A stretch of 64,000 nucleotides of DNA from Thermoanaerobaculia bacterium. GTDB lineage: Bacteria; Acidobacteriota; Thermoanaerobaculia; UBA5066. Shown here piece after piece: positions 55,631-64,000 of the stretch; positions within the stretch are counted from its first letter, which is position 1, and each line of letters begins with the position of its first letter. The notes beneath the pieces are model-generated. The model was not told where the DNA came from, searched no databases, and worked only from the letters and a program-made list of their open reading frames with translations. The stretch spans positions 2,336,001 through 2,400,000 of the forward strand of contig CAVRAY010000001.1 of the NCBI GenBank assembly GCA_963719225.1, read 5' to 3'. The position numbers and the translations under genes were made by a program.

Positions 55631-55674
55631 GGAATCGCCTGCATACGAATGAGGGGTTGACGAACGCGCCTACT

Positions 55675-55692
55675 TTGTGAAAAGTATCACGA
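55675..55692. promoter_or_regulatory. Rex- or CRP-type operator upstream of nuoA
   Basis: TTGTGAAAAGTATCACGA against Rex consensus TTGTGAA-N4-TTCACAA; TTGACG at 55657. Confidence 0.6.
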
Positions 55693-55699
55693 GCGACGC

Positions 55700-56062
55700 A
55701 TGGGCACTCCGCTGGCTTTCTTGCCGATTCTGCTCATGGTGATGGGCGCCGTCGGCGTCGGCATCCTGCTGCTCGGCTTGAACATCCTCCTCGGCCGCAG
55801 GATCCGCACGGTGCGCAAGCTCTCCCCCTACGAGAGCGGCATGCCCCTTCTCGACGACAGCCACAAGCGCATCAGCGTCAAGTTCTTCATCGTCGCAATG
55901 GTCTTCATCCTGTTCGACGTGGAGGCGGCGTTCCTCTACCCGTGGGCGGTCGTCTTCCGGCAGGGCGGATGGCCGGTCTTCGTGGAGATGCTGGTCTTCG
56001 TCCTCGTCCTCTTCCTCGGGTTCGCGTACCTGTGGAAGAAAGGCGCGTTCGACTGGGATTGA
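55700..56062 (+). CDS. nuoA: NADH-quinone oxidoreductase subunit A
   Basis: PYESG, FILFDVE, YPWAV, KKGAFDW. Confidence 0.95.
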   Translation: MGTPLAFLPILLMVMGAVGVGILLLGLNILLGRRIRTVRKLSPYESGMPLLDDSHKRISVKFFIVAMVFILFDVEAAFLYPWAVVFRQGGWPVFVEMLVFVLVLFLGFAYLWKKGAFDWD

Positions 56063-56063
56063 C

Positions 56064-56621
56064 GTGAGCGGCGCACAGATGCTCCCCTCGGCCGACCCGG
56101 CCCAGAACCCGCGTGTGGGAGAGCACGGCGCGCTCTCCTGCGGGCGCGCCCTCTCGTTCTCGCGGGAGACACGCGACGACTTCGAGCGCCTGCTCACGCG
56201 ATACCCGACCAAACAGGCCGCGCTGCTGCCGACGTTGTGGCTGGCGCAGCGCGAATGGGGATGGATCTCGCGCGAGGCCGTGGATTACGTCGCCACGCTC
56301 CTCGGCCTGGCGCCGGCGTTCGTCTGGGGCGTGGTGACCTTCTACACGATGTACAACCGTGCGCCGGTCGGCACGCATCTGATCCAGGTCTGTACGTCGA
56401 TCTCCTGCCACCTGAACGGCGCGAGCGAGGTCTACGCCGAGTGTCGCAAGCGCCTCGGCGACCTGAAGCCGGGAGAGACGACGCCCGACGGGAAGTTCAC
56501 CGTCGTCGAGGTGGAGTGCCTCGCCCAATGCGACAAGGCGCCCGCGGTGATGGTCAATGACGACGACCACTTCGAGATCACGAAGGACAAGCTCGACGCC
56601 TTCCTCGGGAGCCTGAAATGA
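56064..56621 (+). CDS. nuoE: NADH-quinone oxidoreductase subunit E
   Basis: TFYTMY, CTSISC, ECLAQC. Confidence 0.93.
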   Translation: MSGAQMLPSADPAQNPRVGEHGALSCGRALSFSRETRDDFERLLTRYPTKQAALLPTLWLAQREWGWISREAVDYVATLLGLAPAFVWGVVTFYTMYNRAPVGTHLIQVCTSISCHLNGASEVYAECRKRLGDLKPGETTPDGKFTVVEVECLAQCDKAPAVMVNDDDHFEITKDKLDAFLGSLK

Positions 56622-57994
56622 GCGGCCTTTCCCCGATCGAGCCCGTCCTCCTCGCCCGGCGCGGCAAGCCCGACTCGGCGATGATCGAGACGTATCTCGC
56701 CGACGGCGGCTATGCCTCGTGGAAGAAAGTCCTCGGCGGCGCGAAGTCCGGAGAGTGGACTCCGGCGAAAGTCACCGATCTCGTCAAGGCGTCGGGCCTG
56801 CGCGGCCGCGGCGGCGCGGGGTTCCCGTGCGGCATGAAGTGGACGTTCGTCCCACCGAAGGAGAAGCGGGGCGTCAAGCCCGTCTACCTCCTCTGCAACG
56901 CGGACGAGTCGGAGCCCGGCACGTTCAAGGACCGGCTCCTCATGGAGACCGACCCGCACCAGGTGCTCGAAGGGATGATGCTCGCGAGCTTCGCGCTGGA
57001 CGTGAGGCACGCTTATCTCTACATCCGCGGCGAGATGGTGCATGCGGCCGAGACTCTGGACAAGGCCGTCTCCGAAGCCTATGCGAAGGGGCTCCTCGGA
57101 AAGGACGTCCTCGGGTCCGGGATGGATCTCGAGATCACGATCCACCGCGGCGCGGGCGCCTACATCTGCGGCGAGGAGACCGCGCTCATCGAGAGCCTCG
57201 AGGGCAAGCGCGGCCATCCGCGCATCAAACCGCCGTTTCCGGCCGTCTCCGGCGTCTGGGGCTGCCCCACCGTCGTGAACAACGTCGAGACGCTGTGCTG
57301 CGTCAAGCACATCCTCGACCGCGGCGCGGACTGGTTCAAGGCGATCGGCCGCAACGAGAAGAACACGGGTCCGAAGCTCTACTGCATCTCGGGGCACGTG
57401 GAGAAGCCCGGCGTCTACGAGGCCCCGATCGGGGTCCCGTGGGAGACGCTCCTCGCGATGGCGGGAGGCGTGAAGGGCGGACGGAAGCTCAAGGCCGTCA
57501 TCCCTGGCGGCGCGTCGGCCGCGATCCTCACGGCGAAGGAAATCGAGAATCTGCCCATGGATTTCGACGGCGTCGCCGCCGCGAAGTCGATGCTCGGCTC
57601 GGCCGCGATCATCGTGATGGACGAGACGACGGACATCCCCAAGGCCGTCACGAACATCGCGAAGTTCTTCGCGCACGAGTCCTGCGGCCAGTGCACGCCC
57701 TGCCGCGAGGGCACGCCGTGGATGCACAAGATGCTCAAGCGCATCCTGAACGGCGAGGGCAAGAAGAGCGACCTCGACCTCCTCCTCCAGATCGCGGGCC
57801 AGATGGGCAACGGCATGACGATCTGCGTCTTCGCAGACGCCGCCATCGCGCCGGTCCTTTCGGGCATCGCGAAGTTCCGCGAGGAGTTCGAGGCCTACAT
57901 AACGAAATCGAAACATCCGGATTTCGCACTGGCGGCGTCAGAAGACGTCACGAACAAGGTTGCCGACAGAACGGCCGCCGGAATTCATTCTTAG
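56618..57994 (+). CDS. nuoF: NADH-quinone oxidoreductase subunit F
   Basis: GRGGAGF, NADESEPG, GAGAYICGEE, ESCGQCTPCREG. Confidence 0.96.
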   Translation: MSGLSPIEPVLLARRGKPDSAMIETYLADGGYASWKKVLGGAKSGEWTPAKVTDLVKASGLRGRGGAGFPCGMKWTFVPPKEKRGVKPVYLLCNADESEPGTFKDRLLMETDPHQVLEGMMLASFALDVRHAYLYIRGEMVHAAETLDKAVSEAYAKGLLGKDVLGSGMDLEITIHRGAGAYICGEETALIESLEGKRGHPRIKPPFPAVSGVWGCPTVVNNVETLCCVKHILDRGADWFKAIGRNEKNTGPKLYCISGHVEKPGVYEAPIGVPWETLLAMAGGVKGGRKLKAVIPGGASAAILTAKEIENLPMDFDGVAAAKSMLGSAAIIVMDETTDIPKAVTNIAKFFAHESCGQCTPCREGTPWMHKMLKRILNGEGKKSDLDLLLQIAGQMGNGMTICVFADAAIAPVLSGIAKFREEFEAYITKSKHPDFALAASEDVTNKVADRTAAGIHS

Positions 57995-58072
57995 AATGAG
58001 AAAGAACGAATTCCCCTCTTCCCTTTCTAAGCAAATCTTCCTCTTCTCTTTTTCTTCTTCTTCGGACGTGTC

Positions 58073-59872
58073 ATGGCGAAAGTGACCGTCGACGGGAAGA
58101 CCGTCGAAGTCCCGAACGACGCGAACGCGCTCGAGGCGTGCCGTGCTGCGGGCGTCGACGTGCCGCACTTCTGCTACCACCCGCGCCTGTCGATCGTCGG
58201 CCAGTGCCGCATGTGCATGGTCGAGGTCGAGGGCGTGCCGAAGATCCAGGCGTCGTGCACGGTGCCCGTCCGGGACGGCATGGTCATCAAGGCTTCGACC
58301 GAGAAAGCCCTCGCCGCGCGCAACGCGACGATGGAGTTCCTCCTCATCAACCATCCGCTGGACTGCCCGATCTGCGACCAGGCGGGCGAGTGCAAGCTGC
58401 AGGACAACGCCGTGAGCGCGGGCCTGCCGGTCTCGCGCACCTCGGAGGTCAGGCGGCAGTTCCCCGGCTACGACCGCACGCCGATCGGGCCCCACGTCAT
58501 CGCGGACATGACGCGCTGCATCCAGTGCACGCGCTGCATCCGCTTCTGCGCGGAGATCACCGAAACGGGCGAGCTCGCGTTCGTCGAGAGGGGCGGCCAT
58601 ACGTTCGTCTGGACGCACGAGGGCCGCGCGCTCGACAACGACCTCTCGGCCTGCGCGGCGGACGTCTGCCCCGTCGGCGCGCTCACGACGAGGGAGTTCC
58701 GGTTTCGCAAGCGCGTGTGGTGGCTCGACAAGACGCGCTCGGTGTGCGACGGCTGCGAGATCGGCTGCAACATGTCCATCGAGCACCGCGACCGCGTCGT
58801 CTACCGGTACCTTCCCCGCGTGCAGCCGGCCGTTAACGACTTCTGGATGTGCGACTACGGCCGCTTCCGCTCCGAGGACCTCAACCGGCAGGATTTCACG
58901 AAGCCCGAGATCCGTGTCCCCGGCAGCGACGCGCGCAAGCAGACGAACTGGGGCGAGGCGCTCGACGCCGTGAAGGTCGCGATCGACCGCGCGCTGGGAG
59001 AAGAGAAGAAAGAAGATTTTGCTTCGAAAGGAAGAGAAGAAAGAGTCCGGTTCATCGGGTCGGGACATCACACGACCGAGGAAGCCTGGCTTCTCGCCAC
59101 GCTCTGCAAAGTTTCTTTGAAGGTGAATGTGCCCGAGTTTTTCGTCGACGAAGGGCCGAAGCGGCGGATCAGGAACAAGGTGGACGGGTGGATTTACGGG
59201 ACGGAGGCCGCGCCCAACAGCCGTGGCGCCGAGGCGGCCGGCCTGAAGCGCACAACCGCGGGCGACGGCTCCGCCCTTGGATCGGCTCTTTCCCTCTTAC
59301 CTTCTAGGAAATCTTCCTCTTCCTCTTCCGATCTCCCCCTTTCTAAGAAATCTTCCTCTTCGTCTTCTATCCCCGCAGTCCTCTACATCGCCGACGCGGA
59401 CTTCAGCGAAAAGTGCGCCGATCCCGCGTTCGTCGCCCAGCTGCGCAAGGCGAGCGTCCTCATCGTCCACGCCCGCAAGCGCAACGCGCTGACCGACGCG
59501 GCAGACATCGTGCTCCCCGCCGCGCCGCTGTCGGGCAAGGAAGGCACGTTCGTGAACGCCAAGGGGCGCGTGCAGCGCGTGGACATGGCGATCGTGTCGC
59601 CGCCCATCGTGCGCACGGACCTCGAGATCCTCCTGCACCTCGGCGCGCGCTGGGGAGCATTCGACACGCAGTGGACCGCCCGCGACGTCTTCGAAAAGAT
59701 GCGCGGACAGGTCGCAGGATATGGCGACCTCGCCTGGGACTCCGATGCCCTCGTCGGAAACCCGCCTTCCATCTCACCCGCCGTCGCCTACGATGTCATC
59801 GGCCTGGATCGCAACCCCGACGTCGAGGTCTTTTCGCGCCCGTCCGTCGCGGCGCCGGATCGACTCCCATGA
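58073..59872 (+). CDS. nuoG: NADH-quinone oxidoreductase subunit G (short form)
   Basis: PHFCYHP, CRMC, NHPLDCPICDQAGEC, RCIQCTRCIR, CPVGAL. Confidence 0.9.
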   Translation: MAKVTVDGKTVEVPNDANALEACRAAGVDVPHFCYHPRLSIVGQCRMCMVEVEGVPKIQASCTVPVRDGMVIKASTEKALAARNATMEFLLINHPLDCPICDQAGECKLQDNAVSAGLPVSRTSEVRRQFPGYDRTPIGPHVIADMTRCIQCTRCIRFCAEITETGELAFVERGGHTFVWTHEGRALDNDLSACAADVCPVGALTTREFRFRKRVWWLDKTRSVCDGCEIGCNMSIEHRDRVVYRYLPRVQPAVNDFWMCDYGRFRSEDLNRQDFTKPEIRVPGSDARKQTNWGEALDAVKVAIDRALGEEKKEDFASKGREERVRFIGSGHHTTEEAWLLATLCKVSLKVNVPEFFVDEGPKRRIRNKVDGWIYGTEAAPNSRGAEAAGLKRTTAGDGSALGSALSLLPSRKSSSSSSDLPLSKKSSSSSSIPAVLYIADADFSEKCADPAFVAQLRKASVLIVHARKRNALTDAADIVLPAAPLSGKEGTFVNAKGRVQRVDMAIVSPPIVRTDLEILLHLGARWGAFDTQWTARDVFEKMRGQVAGYGDLAWDSDALVGNPPSISPAVAYDVIGLDRNPDVEVFSRPSVAAPDRLP

Positions 59873-60918
59873 GCCCGACGCTCGCCGCCGCCGTGGAAGG
59901 CGCCGCCAAGATCGCGTTCGTCTGGGCCTGCGTCCTCGGCGCCGTTCTGCCGAATCTCATCTGGGTGGAAAGGCGCATGGCGGGATTCATCCAGGACCGC
60001 CCGGGCCCGAACCGGGTGGGCCCCTTCGGACTCTTTCAGGCCGTCGCGGACATCCTCAAGCTCCTCATGAAGGAGGATGTGGTCCCGATGTACGCGGACC
60101 GGCTCCTCCACACGCTCGCGCCGCTCATCCTCCTCGTGCCGGCGATGACGACGTTCGCCGTGATCCCGTTCGGGTCGACGATTCACCTCTTCGACCGAGA
60201 CATCTCGCTCGTGGTCGCGGACGTGAACATCGGCATCCTCTACGTCTTCGCTCTGACGTCCGTCGGCGTCTACGGGCTCGTCCTCGCGGGCTGGTCGTCG
60301 AACAACAAGTTCGCTCTTCTCGGAGGGCTTCGCTCCTCGGCGCAGGTCATCAGCTACGAGCTGGCGATGGGCATCTCGGCGATCGCGGTCTTCCTCGCCG
60401 CCGGCTCGCTGAGGCTCCAGCGGGTGGTCGAGTACCAGGCCTCGGGGACGTTCCTCGGCTTCCTGCCGCTCTGGAACTGCTTCCCGCAGGCCATCGGGTG
60501 CGTCATCTTCGTCGTGTCGGCGTTCGCGGAGACGAACCGCGTGCCGTTCGACCTGCCCGAGGCCGAGGCTGAGCTCGTCGCGGGCTATCACACCGAATAC
60601 TCGGCTTTTCGGTTCGGCATGTTCTTCATGGCGGAGTACCTGAACCTCATCGCCGCCTCGGCCATGATGGCCACGCTCTACTTCGGCGGCTGGTCCCTGC
60701 CGTTCCTCCACCTCACGGGAATCGCGGGGAGCCTCGCCTCGATCGCGGTTTTCGCCCTGAAAACGGCGTTCTTTATCTTCCTTTTCGTCTGGGTGCGCTG
60801 GACGCTTCCCCGCTTCCGCTTCGACCAGCTGATGGACCTCGGCTGGAAGGTCTTCCTGCCGCTCTCGCTGCTCAACCTCCTGTGGACGGGCGCGCTCGTC
60901 CTCTGGAGGGTCATCTGA
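59869..60918 (+). CDS. nuoH: NADH-quinone oxidoreductase subunit H
   Basis: RPGPNRVG, AETNRVPFDLPEAE, LPRFRFDQLM. Confidence 0.96.
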   Translation: MSPTLAAAVEGAAKIAFVWACVLGAVLPNLIWVERRMAGFIQDRPGPNRVGPFGLFQAVADILKLLMKEDVVPMYADRLLHTLAPLILLVPAMTTFAVIPFGSTIHLFDRDISLVVADVNIGILYVFALTSVGVYGLVLAGWSSNNKFALLGGLRSSAQVISYELAMGISAIAVFLAAGSLRLQRVVEYQASGTFLGFLPLWNCFPQAIGCVIFVVSAFAETNRVPFDLPEAEAELVAGYHTEYSAFRFGMFFMAEYLNLIAASAMMATLYFGGWSLPFLHLTGIAGSLASIAVFALKTAFFIFLFVWVRWTLPRFRFDQLMDLGWKVFLPLSLLNLLWTGALVLWRVI

Positions 60919-61442
60919 TGCCGGCCATGAGCGGGCAGCTCGTCGTCTTCTCCGTGGCGTCGTTCCTCGCGCTCGCCTTCGCGCTCCTGATGGTCGTCCA
61001 GAGGACTCCGGTGAGGAGCGTCCTGTCACTCGTCGTCACCTTCTTCGGGCTTTCGATCCTCGCCATCCTGCTCGCGGCGCCTTTCATCGCGGCGCTGCAG
61101 ATCTTCGTCTACGCGGGGGCGATCCTCGTTCTGTTCCTCTTCGTCATCATGCTGCTCAACCTGAAGGAGGAGGCGGCGGACCGGGACGACCGGCCCGTGC
61201 AGCGCACGCTCGGCCTTCTCGTCGCGCTCGCGCTCGGGGGCCTCCTCTCGGGCGCCACGCTCCGCGCGCCCACGCCGACGCGCGGGACGGCATCGACGAG
61301 CGCCATCCCATCGCTCGACGAGATCCCCGCCCTCGGGCGGCTTCTCTTCTCCGACTACCTTCTCGCCTTCGAGGCCCTGTCGCTGCTCCTCCTGGTCGCC
61401 GCGGTCGGCGCGCTGCTCCTCTCCAAGAGGAAGTTCGAATGA
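60918..61442 (+). CDS. nuoJ: NADH-quinone oxidoreductase subunit J
   Basis: QIFVYAGAILVLFLFVIMLL. Confidence 0.94.
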   Translation: MPAMSGQLVVFSVASFLALAFALLMVVQRTPVRSVLSLVVTFFGLSILAILLAAPFIAALQIFVYAGAILVLFLFVIMLLNLKEEAADRDDRPVQRTLGLLVALALGGLLSGATLRAPTPTRGTASTSAIPSLDEIPALGRLLFSDYLLAFEALSLLLLVAAVGALLLSKRKFE

Positions 61443-61774
61443 CGGGCGTGCTTCCCGGGGTCGCCCCCATGGCCGTCCCGCCCGGCGCGTTTCTCGTCGT
61501 CGGGACGCTGCTCTTCGCGATCGGGCTCGCGGGCGCCCTCCTCAAGCGGAACGCGCTTTCGATCTTCCTCTCGATCGAGCTGATGATGAACGCCGTCAAC
61601 CTGCTCTTCCTGACGTACGCCCGGATGCGCGGCGACCTCGCGGGGCAGATGATCGTCTTCTTCGTGATCGCCGTGGCCGCCGCCGAGGCAGCCGTCGGCC
61701 TCGCGATCTTCGTCGCGCTCTTCCGCGCCCGCCGGACGGTGGACGTGGACAAGATCGCGCTTCTGAAATGGTGA
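61439..61774 (+). CDS. nuoK: NADH-quinone oxidoreductase subunit K
   Basis: IELMMNAVN, AAAEAAVGLAI. Confidence 0.95.
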   Translation: MTGVLPGVAPMAVPPGAFLVVGTLLFAIGLAGALLKRNALSIFLSIELMMNAVNLLFLTYARMRGDLAGQMIVFFVIAVAAAEAAVGLAIFVALFRARRTVDVDKIALLKW

Positions 61775-61781
61775 GCCGCCC

Positions 61782-63785
61782 ATGAACAGCCTCTGGCTCA
61801 TCCCCGCGCTTCCGCTCGCGGGCTTCCTCCTGAACGGCCTCGTCGCGCTCGTGGCGAGCTCGACGCGCGCCGAAAAGGAAGCGGGCGCGGACCATTCGCT
61901 CTCGCCTCTCCCCTATGCGCAGCGGCTCTTTCACGGGGTTGTCGGCGTGGGTTCCGTGGGACTTGCCGCCGTGCTCTCCTTCGGCGCGCTCGTCCCATAC
62001 GTGCTCGGCTCTCTGCGCTCTCCCGAAGGCCTCGCGCCGGTCGTGCAGAAGGTCTACACGTGGATGGCGGCCGGGACCTACGCTGTCGACGTCGCATTCC
62101 GGCTCGACGCCCTCTCGGCCCTCATGCTGTCGTTCGTCACGTTCGTGGGAACGCTCATCCACGTCTACAGCGTCGGCTACATGCAGAAAGACGAGGGATA
62201 CGGGCGGTACTTCGCGTATCTGAACCTCTTCATGTTCGCGATGCTCATGCTCGTTCTCGCGGACAACCTGCCGCTGCTCTTCGTGGGCTGGGAAGGCGTG
62301 GGCCTGTGCTCGTACCTCCTGATCGGCTACTCCTACGACAAGGACTTCGCCGCGGCGGCCGGAAAGAAGGCGTTCATCGCGAACCGGGTGGGCGATTTCG
62401 GAATGATCCTCGGCATCTTCGGTGTGTTCGCCCTCTTCGGGACGGCCGATTTCTCGTTCGTGGACGCTGCGAAGCACCAGGCGCTCTCGGGCTCTGCGCC
62501 CCTCGGCGTCTATGCGGTCTGCGTCCTCCTCTTCCTGGGGGCGTGCGGAAAGAGCGCGCAGGTACCGCTCTACGTGTGGTTGCCGGACGCCATGGCGGGT
62601 CCGACGCCCGTGTCGGCTCTCATCCACGCCGCGACGATGGTGACGGCGGGCGTCTACCTCGTCGCGCGCTGCAGCGCGCTTTTCGTTCTCGCTCCCGACG
62701 CTCTGACGCTCGTCGCGTGGATCGGCGCGGGAACGGCGATCTTCGCGGCCACGATCGGCCTGGCTCAGAACGACATCAAGAAGGTCCTCGCGTACTCGAC
62801 GGTCTCGCAGCTCGGCTACATGTTCCTCGCGTGCGGCGTGGGCGCTTTTTCGGCCGGCATGTTCCACGTCTTCACGCACGCGTTCTTCAAGGCCTGCCTC
62901 TTCCTCGGGTCGGGGTCCGTCATCATGTCCATGCACCACGAGCAGGACATGCGGAAGATGGGCGGCCTCGCCGGGCGGATTCCGCAGACGTTCCGGACGA
63001 TGCTCGTCGCGACCCTCGCGATCGCCGGCATCTTCCCGCTCGCGGGCTTCTTCTCGAAGGACATGATCCTCGGTTCGGCCGCCGCCTCGGGCCACTGGGG
63101 CCTCTACGCGGTCGGACTCTTCACGGCCGGCCTGACGGCGTTCTACATGTTCCGCCTCGTCTCGATGACGTTCTTCGGAGCGGCGCGCGGTGGCAGCCAT
63201 GGTCCCGGAGAGCACGCCCACGAAAGCCCCCCGACGATGACGATCCCGCTCTGGATCCTCGCGGCGTTCTCGGTCGTCGCCGGACTCGTCGGGATTCCGG
63301 CGGCCCTCGGCGGCTCGGACCGGATCGGGCGCTTCCTCGAGGCTTCCGTCGCGCACCCCGAGATCCACGAGATGTCGCACGGGCTCGAGCTCGGTCTCAT
63401 GCTCCTTTCCCTCGGCGTCGCCGTGACGGGGCTCGCCTGGGCATGGCGCTGGTACGGCAAGGCCTCCGGGCCGGCCGAGGCCGTCTCGCCGCAGGCGCAC
63501 GCCTTCTACGAGAGGAGCGGCGTCCTCGGCCGCCTCGTGGCGAGCAAGTGGAACGTGGACGAGGGCATCGAGGCGCTCGTTCTCTCGCCGTTCCGGAAGA
63601 TCGGGACGTTCCTCTGGCGGGGGTTCGACGCGCTCTTCATCGACGGCATCGCGAACGCCTCGGCCTTCCTCGTGGAGCTCGCGGGCGATCTCCTGCGCTT
63701 CTTCACGACGGGGCACGTCCGCAACTACGCGCTCGCGTTCACGCTGGGAATCGCCGTGTTCCTCGTGTACGTGTGGGTGAGGTAG
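61782..63785 (+). CDS. nuoL: NADH-quinone oxidoreductase subunit L
   Basis: GKSAQ, WLPDAMAGPTPVSALIHAATMV, THAFFKA. Confidence 0.96.
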   Translation: MNSLWLIPALPLAGFLLNGLVALVASSTRAEKEAGADHSLSPLPYAQRLFHGVVGVGSVGLAAVLSFGALVPYVLGSLRSPEGLAPVVQKVYTWMAAGTYAVDVAFRLDALSALMLSFVTFVGTLIHVYSVGYMQKDEGYGRYFAYLNLFMFAMLMLVLADNLPLLFVGWEGVGLCSYLLIGYSYDKDFAAAAGKKAFIANRVGDFGMILGIFGVFALFGTADFSFVDAAKHQALSGSAPLGVYAVCVLLFLGACGKSAQVPLYVWLPDAMAGPTPVSALIHAATMVTAGVYLVARCSALFVLAPDALTLVAWIGAGTAIFAATIGLAQNDIKKVLAYSTVSQLGYMFLACGVGAFSAGMFHVFTHAFFKACLFLGSGSVIMSMHHEQDMRKMGGLAGRIPQTFRTMLVATLAIAGIFPLAGFFSKDMILGSAAASGHWGLYAVGLFTAGLTAFYMFRLVSMTFFGAARGGSHGPGEHAHESPPTMTIPLWILAAFSVVAGLVGIPAALGGSDRIGRFLEASVAHPEIHEMSHGLELGLMLLSLGVAVTGLAWAWRWYGKASGPAEAVSPQAHAFYERSGVLGRLVASKWNVDEGIEALVLSPFRKIGTFLWRGFDALFIDGIANASAFLVELAGDLLRFFTTGHVRNYALAFTLGIAVFLVYVWVR

Positions 63786-63789
63786 GGCC

Positions 63790-64000
63790 ATGAGCTTCGC
63801 GACGTTCCACCCCCTCGGCGCGGACCTCCTCACGACGCTCGTCTTCCTCCCGACGCTGGGCGCTCTCGTCCTCGCGTTCTTCCCGGCTTCCTCGAAGGCC
63901 GGCGCGAAGGCCGTCGGCCTCCTGACGTCGCTCCTCACGTTCGGCGCCAGCGTCATGCTGTACCGGGGCTTCGACGCGGCGACCGCGACGCCGACCGCGT
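63790..64000 (+). CDS. nuoM: NADH-quinone oxidoreductase subunit M (partial)
   Basis: ATG 63790 MSFATFHPLGADLLTTLVFLPTLGALVL...; hydrophobic, follows nuoL. Confidence 0.8.
   Translation, partial: MSFATFHPLGADLLTTLVFLPTLGALVLAFFPASSKAGAKAVGLLTSLLTFGASVMLYRGFDAATATPTA

Overview
High-GC bacterial window; gene content (class D sortase, DUF6600-type exported protein, cyclic glucan synthase, split nuo operon) suggests Acidobacteriota, which is an inference. 0.6-17 kb: envelope/stress cluster (lipoprotein, AI-2E transporter, BON protein, small membrane protein, sortase with LPRTA substrate, FecR-like exported protein, OM barrel, cyclic beta-1,2-glucan synthase) with four sigma-54-type promoters. 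17-31 kb: minus-strand operon of acyl-CoA dehydrogenase, unusual type I PKS (KS-AT-KS-ACP-ACP-KR-DH), PPTase and three acyl-CoA carboxylase subunits. Both PKS ACP domains have Thr (GIDTVK) at the normally invariant phosphopantetheine Ser. Sequence from about 14.9 to 31 kb is full of indels, probably assembly errors. 31-41 kb: variable genes around tRNA-Pro, including gene fragments, an ABC1 kinase and vapBC. 41-64 kb: core genes (der, rnr, tRNA-Leu, fabD/fabG/acp/dehydratase, deacetylase, sugar ABC transporter, GT2, nuoA-E-F-G-H-J-K-L-M). This core region carries a recurrent AT-rich motif (about CCTTTCTAAGAAATCTTC; core TTC-N3-GAA) inside coding sequences on both strands, often within apparent in-frame insertions. 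All calls were made by eye from motifs; no searches were run.
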